Below, piece by piece: positions 52,166 to 62,990 of a stretch of 64,000 nt of DNA (its first letter is position 1; each line of letters starts with the position of its first letter). The DNA comes from an uncultured Gemmatimonadaceae bacterium (lineage in GTDB: Bacteria; Gemmatimonadota; Gemmatimonadetes; Gemmatimonadales; Gemmatimonadaceae). The translations under genes were made by a program, and so were the position numbers. Below the pieces are notes generated by a model that saw nothing but the letters and a program-made list of their open reading frames with translations, was not told the DNA's origin and made no database searches. Location: assembly GCA_963843845.1 (NCBI GenBank), contig CAWJMB010000002.1, forward strand, positions 2,624,001 to 2,688,000, written 5' to 3'.

Positions 52166-52192
52166 GTCGCGGTGTGGTGAATCCGTCGCGGT

Positions 52193-52616
52193 TTACGGCG
52201 CGCTCGTGCCTTCGCGCCCGTATCGATCCTTGAGGCGAACGACGTCGTCGAGCTCGGGCGTCGACGCCTCGAGCACGTCGCAATCGGTGACGGCTTCCAT
52301 GTAGTGGATCGTGCCCGGCGTGATGCGGAACGCCTCGCCCGAGCGGAGCTGCACGTCGCGCGAGCTCGTCGTCGCCGGGTAGCTGCACCCAGTAGCGCAT
52401 CTCGTCCGTGAGCAGATAGACCGTCTCGTCCTTCCGCTCGTGATACTGCACCGACAGCGAATGGCCCGCCGTGATGTGCAGGATCTTGCCGACGTAGCGA
52501 TCGGTGTGCGCCCAGATGATCTCGTGCCCCCATGGCTTCGGCACGATCCGAACGGGAGACCGGCCGCTCTGGGCGTCTGGGGGCGTGAACGTCATGTCGA
52601 GGCGGGTCGCAGTCAC
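52193..52616 (-). CDS. Cupin domain protein (mannose-6-phosphate isomerase-like; frameshifted)
   Basis: VPKPWGHEIIW, YVGKILHI, LSVQYHERKDET; second frame ends in a TPELDDVVRL-type motif. Confidence 0.8.
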
Positions 52617-52681
52617 GGCAGGGATCGAGGAGGGAGGATGAAGACTCGCTCACAGACGAACCAGCCGGACGGCGCGTTTCG

Positions 52682-53236
52682 TCACCCGGTGGCGCCGCCG
52701 TGCACCAGTCGCTCGCGGAGCAGTCGCAGCCGACGCCGCACCGAGCCGTCCATCACCTGGTCGCCGACCTTCACGATCACGCCGCCGACGATCTGCGGGT
52801 CGATCGTCACGTGTGCCACGACCTGCTTGCCGAGCGTCTTCGAGAGCCGCGCGGCCACCGCGTCGCGCTCCGCGTCCGAGACGGGCCGCGCGAACGTGAC
52901 CTGCGCGTGCACGCGTCCTTCGTTCGCGTCGAGCAGCGCGCGATACTCGGTCGGCGATCTGCGGGATCAGCATCTGCCGCCGCTTCGTCGACGAGCATCT
53001 GCAGGAAGCGGAGGAACAGCCGCGGCACGCGATCCTGGAACGCCTTCGTCAGGATCTCGTTCTTCTGCTCCGCCGCGATGCGCGGCGACTCGAGGAAGAG
53101 CCGCAGCGTCGGGTCCGTGCCGACTGCGTCGGCGACCTCGGTCGCCATGCGCGCCCCATCCCTCGGCGTCGTTCGCCTTCCGAGCGAGCGCGAGCAGCGC
53201 CTCGGCGTAGTTCCGCGCGATCGTGGAGTCGCGCAT
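52682..53236 (-). CDS. atpH: ATP synthase F1 delta subunit (frameshifted)
   Basis: IARNYAEALL; IDPQIVGGVIVKVGDQVMDGSV. Confidence 0.9.
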
Positions 53237-53851
53237 CAGCTGACCGGGCGCCCGCGACGTGTCGAGCGACGCGAGGAAGTTCTCGACGAGCTGGCGGTTG
53301 CGAGCTCTCGTCGAGGTTGCGCTCGATGACGCTTCGACGCGCCGGCGAGCGCGAGATCGACCGCCTCGCGCCGCAGCTCGGCGATCGCCCGCTCGCGCTC
53401 GGCCTCGATGTCGCGGCGCGCGCGCTCGAGCATCTCTGCTGCTGCTGACGCGTCTGCTCGAGCATGTCGTCTTGCATGCCGCTCGGCACGTCACGCGCCC
53501 CTCGGCGATGAGCCGCTGCGCCTCCGCACGCGCGCCCGTCGATCTGCGCGGCGATGCTCGGCGAGCAGCCCGGGCTGCCTCCTCGCGGTCACGCTTCGCG
53601 CTCTCGATCGCCTCTTCGAGCGCCCGCTCGCGCGCCTCGACGGCCGCCGTGATCGGCTTGAACGCGTACTTGCGACAGCACGAAGAACAGAATCAGGAAG
53701 ATCAGCAGCGTCCAGAACATCAACCCCGTGCTGGGCGTTCATCAGAGACGCCGCACCACCTTCCGGCGGCAGCTTCCTGCGCGCCGGCGACGCGGCCGAC
53801 GAGCCGAGAGGAGAGCGGAGTGGCGACGAACGCGCGAAGCAACGGTCGCAT
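53236..53851 (-). CDS. atpF: ATP synthase F0 b subunit (frameshifted)
   Basis: GLMFWTL-type TM; ERARRDIEAERERAIAELRREAVDLA; position between atpE and atpH. Confidence 0.85.
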
Positions 53852-53913
53852 GAGCGGAGAAGAAGAGACGCGTGCGACGGCGCGTCACGAGACGCGCCGC
53901 CGCGAACGCGGGA

Positions 53914-54204
53914 TTAGTTGAACTTGAGCTGGATGAGCAGCGCGACGACGATCGCGAACAGCGCGGCGCCCTCGATGAGCGCGGCGAGGATGATGCCGCG
54001 CCGTCTGGATCTGGCCGGCCGCCTCCGGCTGACGCGCGATCGCCCTCGGCCGTCGAACCGCCGATGCGGCCGATGCCGAGACCGGCGCCGATCACCGCGA
54101 GGCCGGCGCCGATGCCGGCGCCCATCATCGCCCACGCGCCCATGTAGTCGCGCGTGAACGCGCCGCCTCTCGGCGGCCGCCTGCAGGAGAGGAAGGATTG
54201 CCAT
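53914..54204 (-). CDS. atpE: ATP synthase F0 c subunit (frameshifted)
   Basis: GAGIGAGLAVIGAGLGIGRIGG; IILAALIEGAALF. Confidence 0.92.
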   Translation of the reverse strand: MAILPLLQAAAERRRVHARLHGRVGDDGRRHRRRPRGDRRRSRHRPHRRFDGRGRSRVSRRRPARSRRRGIILAALIEGAALFAIVVALLIQLKFN

Positions 54205-54361
54205 GGATTCGTTCAGTCAGTGCGTGGTGTCCAATCGTTGCGCCCGGCGCCTCACGGCGCTGCTCGTCACCGGGCTGACGCCCAACGAGCTTCACCGGCC
54301 CCTCGGCCGGCTACAGTCGCGACGCGGTCGAGCGCGACGCCGCGTGCGTACCACGGAGTGA

Positions 54362-55374
54362 TCAGTGATGGGCGTCGCGGATCTGGCCGATGAACACGCT
54401 CACGAGCAGCGTGAAGATGTACGCCTGCAGGAACGCGACGAACACCTCGAGCACCATGATCCCGCTCGCCATCGAGCAGCGGCGCGACCGCGATGCCCAG
54501 GAACAGGTACCGAACGTGAAGATCATGCCGATGAACGCGAGCACGACGACGTGCCCGGCGGTCATGTTCGCGAACAGACGGATGGCGAGCGCGAACGGCT
54601 TCGTGAACTTTCCGAGCAGCTCGACCGGCGTCATGATCAGGAACAGGAGGACCCGGATCGGCAGTCGGCAGATCCTTGTTCCAGTAGAAGATCGTGTTGA
54701 TGTAGTGCGAGCCTTGCGCGCGCATGCCCGCGACCTCGATGACGACGAACGCGATCACCGCGAGCGTCGCCGTCACGGCGATGTTGCCCGTCGCCGTCGA
54801 CCCGAACGGGATGAGGCCGAGCAGGTTCGCGAACAGGATCATGAAGAAGAACGTCAGCATCACCGGCACGAACGCGTATGCCGTGCGGCCCGACGTTCGC
54901 GAGGATGACCTTGTCGCGGATGTAGAGCACCATGCGCCTCGATCCCTGCCGCGAAGCCTTTCGGGCGCCCGACCGCGTGCGAGTGCTTCTTGTGCGCCGC
55001 CGCGCGCGCCGTGATGAGCACGATGGCAGCAGAGCAGCGCCGAGACGAGCATCATCACGACGTGCTTCGTCGGCGAGAGGTCGATGCGTGAGCGGCGCCG
55101 ATGCGGAGCGGCGCCCAGTGCGGCAGCTCCACCTCGCACGCGAACTCCGGCCATTCGAGGACACGGCAGCTCGAGGTGGTGGCTGTCCGTGATGTGCGGC
55201 ATGATGATGTCGACGCCGCCGCCCCGCCGCTTCTCGGCGACGTGCTGATCGAGCTGCGGCGCGACGGGCCGCCGTGGCCGTGCGCGACGGCGGCGTCGCG
55301 CGGCGTGCGCGCGTCGGGCGCGAGCGGCGCCGGACGAGCGCGAGCGAGGACGGCGAGCGAGCAGCCGTCTTCAT
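54362..55374 (-). CDS. atpB: ATP synthase F0 a subunit (frameshifted)
   Basis: [54 protein letters not shown]. Confidence 0.93.
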
Positions 55375-55738
55375 GACCTGACGTTCAGCGCGAGTGGTTC
55401 GACGAGCATCGAGAGAAAGAAAAACGTCGCGAGACTGACGAGCGCCGCGACCGGAGACAGCGAGAGCGCTTTCACGACGAACAGTCCGTACACCCCGAGC
55501 GTCGACCATCCGCAGCAGCGCGCCGAGCCCCCATCCGGCGATCGCGTTGCGCGGGTCCCGCGCGACGAGCCGGAGCACCACGAACGCGAACAGTTGCACC
55601 ACGATCGCGATGCCGCCGCTCACGACGATCGCCTGGCGCGCCGCGTCGCCGTCGAACACGAGCGCCGTCAGCAGCGAAGCCAGCGCCGAGCGACGATCGG
55701 CGATGCGAGAGCGCCGCGTAGAGCGCGACCGCCTTCAC
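55371..55738 (-). CDS. Putative ATP synthase protein I (membrane; frameshifted)
   Basis: About four hydrophobic helices ('IAGWGLGALLRM'); stop overlaps the atpB start. Confidence 0.6.
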
Positions 55739-55999
55739 CGCGCCCGCACGGTCCGCACCCGAGCTTGCGATAGAGGCTGTAGAACGCTGCCGCCGCGCCG
55801 ACGAAACGTTCACGAGCAACAGCAACCAGGGCGACGTGCCGAGCCGAGTGTCGAGCCACCGGCCGGCGTAGAGGAAGAGCAGGACCGAGACGACGAACTG
55901 CACGCCGAACCCGGCCAATTCCGTCGCCGAGCGCGACTCGGCCCGCGCCCTGCCGGTCTGTCCGCCGCGCGCCGGCGCCGCTCGTCCTTCCCTGGTCAT
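55735..55999 (-). CDS. AtpZ/AtpI family protein (frameshifted)
   Basis: AGFGVQFVVSVLLFLYAGRWLDTRLGTSPW. Confidence 0.8.
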
Positions 56000-56253
56000 C
56001 GCGGGCGGGAATCTAGTGCTTGTGAAATTTTTCGCAAGCGAATTTGCGCCCAATCCCGAACAGACCGCGAAGACGTCTGAGTGTGCGATAAGTCACGGTA
56101 ACTACGTGACTTAGCTGTGACCTGTCGGGTTGACGCCTCGTCTCTCGGCCGGTAGGTTGCCGATCGCTGGTGAGATGCTGTCGTCACCTGCGCCCTCCCG
56201 CCTCTTTTCGACCGCGTCGCACCGCGTCCCGACGCCGCGCGTCGAGCCCAGTC

Positions 56254-56820
56254 ATGCAGAGTCGTATCGTCGTTCCGCTCGTCTGCGCCGCCGCGATCGT
56301 CGTTCGCGTGCGGGCCGCGCTTCCGTGCCGCCTCACCGGCCGCCGCCCGCGCGCGACTCGCTCACGCGAGCGAACGGCCGAGCTCGCCGGCTGCGGCGCA
56401 GCGCGTCGGTCCGCGCGTCGGAAGGGCGACGACCACGGCCGTCGACGCGCGCCCTCGCCGTCGACACCGCGAAGCGGCCGCGTCCAGATCGCGCTGGACA
56501 TCGTGAACGTCACGCGCAGGCGGCTCGAGATCGACTTCCCGGACGGTCAGACGCGCGACTTCGCGATCTTCGACGAGCGCGGTCGTCGAAGTCTGGCGGT
56601 GGAGCACGCGGCCGGCTCTTCACCCAGACCGTGCAGAATCGCTTCCTCGCCGCCGGCGATACGGCGCGCTACGAATCCGTTGGCGGGCGCCGCGCCCGGG
56701 ACGCTACACGGTCGTCGCCGTGCTCAGGAGCGCGAACTACCCGGTCGAGCGCGACGGCGTGCCTTCGTCGTCGCGTCGTCGGGTGCGCGCGTGGTCGCGA
56801 GCGTCGACAGCGCACGCTGA
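56254..56820 (+). CDS. Exported protein with BsuPI-like (intracellular proteinase inhibitor) Ig-like domain (frameshifted)
   Basis: N-terminal signal-like segment; 'VNVTRRRLEIDFPDGQTRDFAIFDE...' and 'LFTQ'; end approximate. Confidence 0.6.
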   Translation: MQSRIVVPLVCAAAIVVRVRAALPCRLTGRRPRATRSRERTAELAGCGAARRSARRKGDDHGRRRAPSPSTPRSGRVQIALDIVNVTRRRLEIDFPDGQTRDFAIFDERGRRSLAVEHAAGSSPRPCRIASSPPAIRRATNPLAGAAPGTLHGRRRAQERELPGRARRRAFVVASSGARVVASVDSAR

Positions 56821-56915
56821 GCGCCGTCGTGCGGCGCGTGCTCGAACGGCGCGCGCGACACCCTGAGCTTGTTCGCGCGCTCGTTAGACTCGGCCGATCC
56901 CTTACCTGGACGGCC

Positions 56916-57966
56916 GTGACCGATCCGCATTCCTCGCGACGACGTCGACGCTGCTCGCCGAGCTCGCCGCCGCCCGCGCCGCCCTCACCGCGCAGATCGC
57001 CCGCCGCGTCGTCGGGCAGCACGAGATCGTCGACAACCTGATCGCCGCGCTGCTCGCCGGCGGGCACGTCCTGCTCGTCGGCGTGCCCGGGCTCGCGAAG
57101 ACGCTGCTCGTGCAGACCGTCGCCGCAGGCGCTCGACCTCGAGTTCGCGCGCGTGCAGTTCACGCCGGACCTGATGCCGAGCGACATCACCGGCACCGAG
57201 GTGCTGGAGGAGGACGCACGCGACCGGGCGCCGCGTGTTCCGGTTCGTGCAGCGGGCCGATCTTCGCCAACATCGTGCTCGCCGACGAGATCAACCGCGC
57301 CCCGCCGAAGACGCAGGCCGCGCTGCTGCAGGCGATGCAGGAGCACGCGGTCACGGCCGGCCGGCACGACGCACCGGCTGCCGGAGCCGTTCTTCGTGCT
57401 CGCGACGCAGAACCCGATCGAGCAGGAGGGGACGTACCCGCTGCCCGAGGCGCAGCTCGACCGGTTCATGTTCGAGCTCCGCGTCGGCTATCCGACGCGC
57501 GACGAGGAGGAGCAGATCGTCGCGACGACGACGGGCGATGTCGACGCAGGAGCCGCGTCGCCGGTGCTCGGCGCCGACGCGGCTCGCCGAGCTGCAGCGG
57601 CTCGTGCGCCGCCTTCCGGCCCCGCCGACGGTCGTGAAGTACGCGGTGCGCCTCGCGCGCTCCACGCGGCCCGACGACCCCGACGCGACGGCGCAGGTGA
57701 AGAAGTACGTGAGCTGGGGCGCCGGGCCGCGCGCGTCGCAGTACCTCGTGCTCGGCGCGAAGGCGCGCGCGGCGATGGACGGCCGCGCGATGCCGGACAT
57801 CGACGACGTGCGAGCCGTCGCACTCCCGGTGCTGCGCCACCGCCTCGTGCTGAACTTCCAGGCGGAAGCGGACGGCGTCGGCGTCGAGCAGCTCCTCGAT
57901 CTGCGCGAGACGCCAGAACGGCTAGCGCCGAGCACCGTTGCGGGCGTTCACTCTGTTCCGGTTTGA
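56916..57966 (+). CDS. MoxR family AAA+ ATPase (frameshifted)
   Basis: GVPGLAKT, QFTPDLMPSDITG, LADEINRAPPKTQAALL, ATQNPIEQEGTYPLPEAQLDRF. Confidence 0.93.
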
Positions 57967-58067
57967 CGCTCGTGTGACGCTCGGGGATTTGACTTAGGGC
58001 GGGCCCGGCGGCGCCGACGACGGCGGCGCGGGCCGACCCATGTCCAGCACATCGCGTCGCGACCGTC

Positions 58068-61000
58068 ATGATCCGCCTGCGGACGCTCGGAGAATGCGTC
58101 ATCGAAGTCGGGAACACGCCGTTCACTCCCGACTTCGACTCACTCTTCGCGGCCCTCGTCTACCTCGCCGTCGAACGCGCCGCGCCGATTCCGCGGTCGA
58201 CGCTCTCGAGCCTGCTGTGGCCGCACCACGATCCCGACGAGGCCCGCCACTGCCTGCGGCAGCTGCTCTACCGGATGCGCAACGCACGCGTCGAAGTCCA
58301 CGGGGCACGCGACACGGTCTGGATCCCGGACGCGCTGGTCGTCCCGACGTTCTCCGCCGCCCCGTCCGCCGAGCGCCTCGTCGCCGAGCGTGACGCCGGG
58401 ACGTTGCGGCTGGGCGGGTTCCTTCCCGGCTACTGGCCGAAGCTCTCCGAGCCGTTCGCGCAGTGGGTCGACACGACGCGCTCGGCGATCGAGTCCCGGG
58501 TGCGCCGGGTGCTGCTCGAAGTCGCCCGCGCGCACCGGCTGCGCGGGGAGTGGGAGCAGGTCGAGGCGCTCGCCCTGCAGTGCTTGCAGCTCGACCCGCT
58601 GAATCAGGAGGCGACGTTCGCGCACACGGAGGCGACCGCGATGCTCGGCGGCAAGGGCGACGCGCTGATCATACTCGACCGATACATCACGCGAACTCAC
58701 CGGCTCGCGCGACGACATCCTCGCTCCGGCCATCATCCTTCGCCGCCGCATCGCCGAGCGCTTCCCGGCACGAAGCTATGCGTCGCGCGCCGACCAGTGC
58801 TTCGTCGGTCGCGCCGAGACGCTCGAAGTCCTCGCGCACGCGCTGGAGCGTGCCCGTGCGGGCCACGGCACCGGGGTCGTGCTGACAGGTACGTCCGGCA
58901 TCGGCAAGACGCGCGTGACTCAGGAATTCCTACGCGCCGCTGCGCTCCAAGGCGCGCGCCTCGTCCGCGTCTCGACGCAGGAGGCCGATCACCATCGCCC
59001 GATGTCGGCCTTCTCCGACGCGGTGCCGCAACTACGCACACTCCCGGGCGCGATCGGCGTGTCGCCGAGCTCACTCGAGTACCTGCTCCGACTGACCGAG
59101 CCTCCGGCGACGGCGCCGCCGATCGAGGACCATGTCGATCCGCACTGGATCGCGATGCGCATCCGTCAGTCCGTGGTCGACCTCGTCGACGCCGTGGCGA
59201 CGGAGAGCACGGTGCTCATGCTGATCGACGACGCGCACTGGCTCGACGCGCAGTCGTGGGCTGCGCTCGCCGCCATCACGGACGGGTTGTCGCGGCGCCG
59301 CCTCCTCTTCGTGCTCACGTCGCGCCTGGATTACCCGCTCGGCGACGTCCCACAGCGTTGCGTCAACGAGTTCAGCTGGCACCGGATTCCCCCCCTCGAC
59401 GCGGTCGCCGCCGACGAGCTCGTGCGGGCCGTCGCCGTCACGAACGCCGGGCGCCTCGACGTCGACGACGTCACCTGGTGCATCGGCGCCGGCGAAGGGA
59501 ACCCACTTTTTCTGCGCGAGCTCGCCGCACATCGTGCGGCGCGCCACACCCCCGACGTCGTGCCGCCGTCACTCGCCGGGCTCCTCGACGGCCGGCTCGA
59601 CGCGCTGAACCCACTCTCGCGACGACTCGTCGACGCGGTCGCCATCGCCGACGGCATCGCGACGCTCGACGAACTCGCGGAGATCCTGCAGCTGACGGCG
59701 CACGAGATGGCCAGCGCGCTCGGCGGGCTGAGCGAGGCGGGCGTGTTGACCGAGGACTCCCCGACGGCGGAGCTTCGGCACGAGTTGCTGAAGCGGCGGG
59801 TGATGGGGAGGATGTCTCCTACGGTGCGGCGGCTGTTTCATCGGCGGACGGCGGCGACGCTTTCAGCCGGGCGGGCCGAGGCCGGGATGACCGGCCGCGT
59901 CCTTGCTGCAGCAACTCACTGGCAAATGGCGGGCGATCTCTCTAACGCGATCCGCACATTAGACACAGCATCGACCAACGTCGTGGCGCTGGGCGACGTG
60001 GCGATGGCGATCGATCTGTTACGCCACGCGAGCGCGATCATCGCAACTCATGGTCTTCAAAAACCCGAGCTTGACGTTCGACTCATCAGACTACTTACGA
60101 CGAACGGCGAGTTCCAAGAGTCGCTCGACAGGTATAACTCGCTAAAAGCGTCGGGCGCACTTCCCCGCAGCGACCACTCGGCAGAGGCGAGAACATACAG
60201 TATTGAGGCCGCCTGGCGGCTCGGATGGAACCCGCACGACCTCATTGCGGACACATATGACATTGCCGCCGACGATACCCTGAATCTAAGTCGACGCGTC
60301 GCGGCAGCACGTCTCGGCATGATGATCGCGAGTCACCATGGCATTGAGCAAGATCAGCACGAACTCTGGAAATGCATCGAGCCCTTCACCAACCGGAGCA
60401 ACCAAGATCTTGGAAGTCTCCTCTCAGTCGAGATTGTGTACCGTATCAATGTGCGTCAGTTGGAACTCGGCATCACCAAAGCGCGTGAGCTCGAGGCGCT
60501 AACGGCGAGCATGGAGGATCGACTTCTGGGCATGCGGCAGCTGGCGTTGGTAGCAGACGCCTATCGTATCGCAGGACTAGCTCAGGATGCTCGGCGCTGC
60601 GACGAGATCGTCTATGCCGAGGCTACCCGACTCGATTCCCCACAGTATCAAGCCTTCGCGGCTTATCGCATGGCAAGTGGCGCGCTCGACGCGCGCGATG
60701 TGCGATCGGCAAAACAGTGGCTAACTAGACTTGAGTCATTCATGAGCCGAATTAGCTTCGATGCGCTGATGCAGGCCGTGCGCGAAGAGAAGTGCAGAAT
60801 AGCGATCCTTGAGCGCGATTATCGCGGAGCGCATGAGTTACTGTCAGTTTTCGCCGCCCATCAGGACAAGTCCGGCCATAACACTAATTGGCGCAGAAGA
60901 AGTCTCGCTACGTTGCGGCTAGAGCTGTATATGGCTGAGTTCGACGGTGCACCGAGCGAACATTTGGTAAGTGATCTCCTTTCGGCGCATGACACGAGCA

Positions 61001-61209
61001 AGCACATACCATCCCACGATCGCACTGTCGCTGTGCTCGCGATAGCGCTTGATCGCGCAGGACGGACGGCTGAGGCTCTCGAACTGGTCCAGCGATACAC
61101 GAATGCGGAACGTACGTCACTCTCAGAGTGGGAGCGGCCCTGCATTCAAGTGGCACACCTTTGCGATGAGCCGCCAAGAGATTTAGCAGCTACATTTAGC
61201 GACGAATAA
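58068..61209 (+). CDS. SARP-like regulator: wHTH + BTAD + STAND AAA ATPase + helical/TPR-like C-terminus (one frameshift near 58700)
   Basis: MIRLRTLG, LLWP...ARHCLRQLLYRMR, F..WV, LQLDPLNQEA (BTAD); FVGR; Walker A GTSGIGKT; Walker B LIDDAHWLD; GEGNPLFLREL; HELL. Confidence 0.85.
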
Positions 61210-61251
61210 GTCGGCCTGAACTGTCAAGCGTGTGAGTTGGCAAGCATCGGA

Positions 61252-62568
61252 TCACTGACCAGTCCCTCTGGAGTTGGATACCAGCTTGATCCCATAGCGA
61301 GAGTGGCTTGATCCTTCCTCGGGGGAAAACAGGTAGTTCCAGTAGGGGCTCGCTAAGAGACGCTTGACAATTAGGGGGTCAAACTGAGTTCCCGCGCAAC
61401 GTTCGACCTCCAGTCGAACCTCCGCGATCGTCAAGCCCCGACGATACGAGCGGTCCGAGGTCATCGCATCTATTGTGTCTGCGATAGCTAGCACCCGAGC
61501 CATGAGAGGGATGGCGTCGCCCCGCAGTCCGTCCGGGTAGCCCGCACCGTCCCAACGCTCATGGTGATGACGTACGGCGGGCAGAACATCGTGGAGCTGC
61601 GAAACGTTGGCGACGAGCCTTTCCCCGTCGATTGGATGCTCTTTCATCAACATCCACTCGTCGCGTGTAAGTCGATCAGGCTTGCTGAGGATAGGGGCGT
61701 ACTTTTCGTGGATCTTACCGACATCGTGCAGTAATCCCGCTACGCCGATCCGGTCGACGTCGCGGGCTGGTAGCTCAATCGATCGCGCGATTTCGATAGC
61801 CATTCGAGACACCCGACGCGAATGCCCTGACGTGTAGGGGTCTCGTGCTTCAATTGCACTAACCATCAACTCGAGCATCTCTCGCGATACTTTTTGCAAT
61901 GCCCGATTGGTCTGATACAGCCGATCAATCCATATCAGCGTCGAACAGACAAGTACCGTCTGCCACATTCCCCAGACAGCAGCCGAGTAAGCGATAGCAC
62001 CAACCACTGGACTGACAAGCACGTCGTCCAATGCGGTACGCCCCGTAACGGCCCGCCAAGTACTCCAGAATGGTTGATCCTGCGACAACGCAACCACACC
62101 CGTCGTGAGAGCACTGCACACCAAGCTACCGACGATCAGAAGGGCTCCGACAGACGACAGTGTCCTAGAACCGTTTCCGAGCCACGCGGTACCCCCAACT
62201 GCCTGAAAAGCCAGGATTGAGAGTGCGTTTGCGGTGGCCTGCGCTGCCGAGTTGAATACTACGCGTGATGGTAATGATTTCTGCCGTAGTTGGAGGGTTG
62301 CTACGGTAATGGCAACGAGAACCGGTACAGTCCAATTCGCGACTGTGAAGCCAGCTGCGGGAAATAGGAGAAACCCTACTGTGGCTGACGTTCCCTTCTG
62401 ATCTAAATCGTACCGAACCTGACTCGCGAGCCAGCCGATCGCACAGAGGAACGCGGCCGTAGCAGCAGATTCAACGGTTGCCGACGGGCCGCGAGTAGCC
62501 AGTGCGACCGTACAGCACACAGCTACCGCAACCACCGCGGCGATGTAAAGCTTGACTGCTGTGCGCAT
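61252..62568 (-). CDS. Membrane-bound HD-GYP c-di-GMP phosphodiesterase with multi-TM N-terminal sensor
   Basis: About 7 hydrophobic segments, then IEARDPYTSGHSRRV, LLHDVGKI, HHHERWDGAGYPDGL, ADTIDAMTSDRSYR. Alternative start at 62598. Confidence 0.92.
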   Translation of the reverse strand: MRTAVKLYIAAVVAVAVCCTVALATRGPSATVESAATAAFLCAIGWLASQVRYDLDQKGTSATVGFLLFPAAGFTVANWTVPVLVAITVATLQLRQKSLPSRVVFNSAAQATANALSILAFQAVGGTAWLGNGSRTLSSVGALLIVGSLVCSALTTGVVALSQDQPFWSTWRAVTGRTALDDVLVSPVVGAIAYSAAVWGMWQTVLVCSTLIWIDRLYQTNRALQKVSREMLELMVSAIEARDPYTSGHSRRVSRMAIEIARSIELPARDVDRIGVAGLLHDVGKIHEKYAPILSKPDRLTRDEWMLMKEHPIDGERLVANVSQLHDVLPAVRHHHERWDGAGYPDGLRGDAIPLMARVLAIADTIDAMTSDRSYRRGLTIAEVRLEVERCAGTQFDPLIVKRLLASPYWNYLFSPEEGSSHSRYGIKLVSNSRGTGQ

Positions 62569-62602
62569 GGAAGGCGAATTCCCCCGACCGAGAAGCATTA
62601 GC

Positions 62603-62671
62603 TTAGTTCCAAATCGGATAGCCGCTCAGCGCCGAAATGCCGTCGACGATGATCGAGAGAATCAGGCTCAT
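62603..62671 (-). CDS. Unannotated 22-aa hydrophobic peptide MSLILSIIVDGISALSGYPIWN
   Basis: Read by hand: ATG at 62671 with GAGG 9 nt upstream, TAA at 62603-62605, immediately 5' of the HD-GYP gene; below the ORF-track length cutoff. Confidence 0.7.
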   Translation of the reverse strand: MSLILSIIVDGISALSGYPIWN

Positions 62672-62921
62672 GGGAGAAAACCTCGCCGGTGAAGAGACGT
62701 CGTGTGAGGATCACACACAGATCACGGTTCGGCTCCGCTCATAACACGATCTGATTCCGCTCCGCTCGACTGCTCGGCACTACACCTACTGGTCTGACTG
62801 GTCGTACGGCGCGGCCCCGGAATTCAGACACGAATCCCGACAGCCACTGGACGAACAGACGGCAGATGACGCGTTGCGGGCTAACGAGATGGGGGAAGCT
62901 AGAGATTCTCGGCGCGGGGGC

Positions 62922-62946
62922 TCACCGCCGCGACTGCCGGCGGTGA
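62922..62946 (-). other. 9-bp stem-loop downstream of the 62991 gene
   Basis: TCACCGCCG-N7-CGGCGGTGA; no U-tract, so a pause, processing or binding site rather than a clear terminator. Confidence 0.4.
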
Positions 62947-62990
62947 ATGATCTCCTCGGGGGAAAAGGGTGACACTCGGGCCGCGGCGCG

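Noticed and set aside
62603..62671. Peptide as the precursor of a RiPP biosynthetic cluster
   Set aside because: No radical SAM, YcaO, lanthipeptide, P450, peptidase or ABC exporter gene is nearby in the window. A signalling or regulatory role fits better, though modification in trans cannot be excluded.
59890..62780. Low-GC block as a prophage, IS or integron cassette
   Set aside because: No integrase, transposase, terminal repeats, attC or tRNA target is visible, and the boundary lies within a continuous ORF.
62672..62990. c-di-GMP riboswitch upstream of the peptide/HD-GYP genes
   Set aside because: I could not see the class I or class II consensus by eye; an Infernal scan would be needed.
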